Of a DNA stretch of 64,000 nucleotides, positions 63,035-64,000 are shown piece after piece; positions within the stretch are counted from its first letter, which is position 1; every line of letters begins with the position of its first letter. The DNA is from the human T2T-CHM13v2.0 reference genome, Homo sapiens. Under the pieces are notes generated by a model that searched no databases, was not told the DNA's origin, and saw only the letters and a list, made by a program, of their open reading frames with translations. The DNA lies in NCBI RefSeq assembly GCF_009914755.1, contig NC_060943.1; one strand, written 5' to 3'. The translations under genes were made by a program, and so were the position numbers.

Positions 63035-63531
63035 GTAGGTGGGGCTGTTGGGAGAGCCTGGGGGGCCCGGGAGCACTGGGGCATTTGGGTCACGACTAGG
63101 CAGGGGCCCCTGGTTCCAGGCTCCACTGGAGAGTTGGGGCCCCAGTTTCTCCATCTATGAAATGGGGACGTGACTGCTGCCCTGCCCATATTTTGGTGAG
63201 GTCCTGGGCGTGGGGCCTCCGTTGTGTCATTGGCTGCTCAGTACAAAGAGGGCTCCCTTCCTGACCCTGCCTGGCTTCATTCCCCAATCCTGCCCTGAAG
63301 TCAGAGGTCAGCCCTGGGAAGTCATTTCAGGGCCCTGGCTCTCTTCTGGGCCTCTCCCACAGTAAGGATGCTACACTGCCTCCCTGGTCCCACCACCAGG
63401 TGCCGATCCCGGTGCAGAGCTGAGCCGGGGTGTGCACTCTCCCGTTCCCAGCCCGGGCACTGCCAATTGTCCCCAGCTGCCATGGGCTGCGGGCTGGTGA
63501 GGCTTCTCTCACTGGTCTGTGTCCCTGCCAG

Positions 63532-63621
63532 CAAAGGCCCAGTGACTATGGCATCCCCATGGATGTGGAGATGGCCTACGTCCAGGACAGCTTCCTGACC
63601 AATGACATCCTTCACGAGATG
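63532..63621 (+). CDS. MPND: MPND exon 11 (90-nt symmetric exon); gene continues beyond right edge
   Basis: QRPSDYGIPMDVEMAYVQDSFLTNDILHEM; AG/GT, phase 0-0. Confidence 0.88.
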
Positions 63622-64000
63622 GTGAGCTCGCTGCGGGGCGGGCAGGCAGGGGCTGGCAGTGCGCAGCTGGGCACACGATGCGTTGGTCTGCTTCCCACCG
63701 GTGGGCTTGGGAAGCTATGGCTGGTGGCGCCTTGGGGGCCTGGGTTAGGGCTTCTTCCATCACTCAGGACAGAGTCCAGGCCCTTGCCAGGGTCCCTCCA
63801 ACTTCTGCCCTCCCTCACCTCCCCACCTGCTGTTCTCTAAGGCACTGGCCTCTTCTGCCAGGCTGTCCAGTAGAGAAACCCCAGGGACTTTGGGTGGTAA
63901 CTGGATGAACACTTAAAAATTGTGTGTTCAACATGCATTTAAAACACTAAACTAAGGCAGACATAGTGGCTCACGCCTGTAATCCCAGCACTTTGGGAGG

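Overview
Human (primate) genomic DNA, GC-rich and roughly half Alu, recognisable as the 19p13.3 cluster TMIGD2 (CD28H; - strand, first 3 coding exons, continues off the left edge), FSD1 (+, 13 coding exons, 496 aa, complete), STAP2 (-, 13 coding exons, 403 aa, complete) and MPND (+, first 11 coding exons, continues off the right edge). All exon boundaries were placed on GT/AG splice sites and checked for frame; the FSD1 and STAP2 exon sums give exact full-length ORFs. Gene names come from my recognition of the translations, not from a database search. Non-genic highlights: an EIF1 processed pseudogene broken up by Alus and nested in an MLT2-like LTR, a MER85 piggyBac MITE with an intact internal palindrome, an Alu-split MER53, an in-frame Alu-derived alternative acceptor in STAP2, a ~2.8-kb G-rich hierarchical minisatellite in FSD1, long AG-exclusion zones before two FSD1 exons, and a CCAAT-array/TATA promoter pointing at STAP2. 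I found no convincing new multi-gene system; the candidate novelties are regulatory, splicing and repeat-evolution observations. Most of the supplied ORF track is Alu or simple-repeat artefact.
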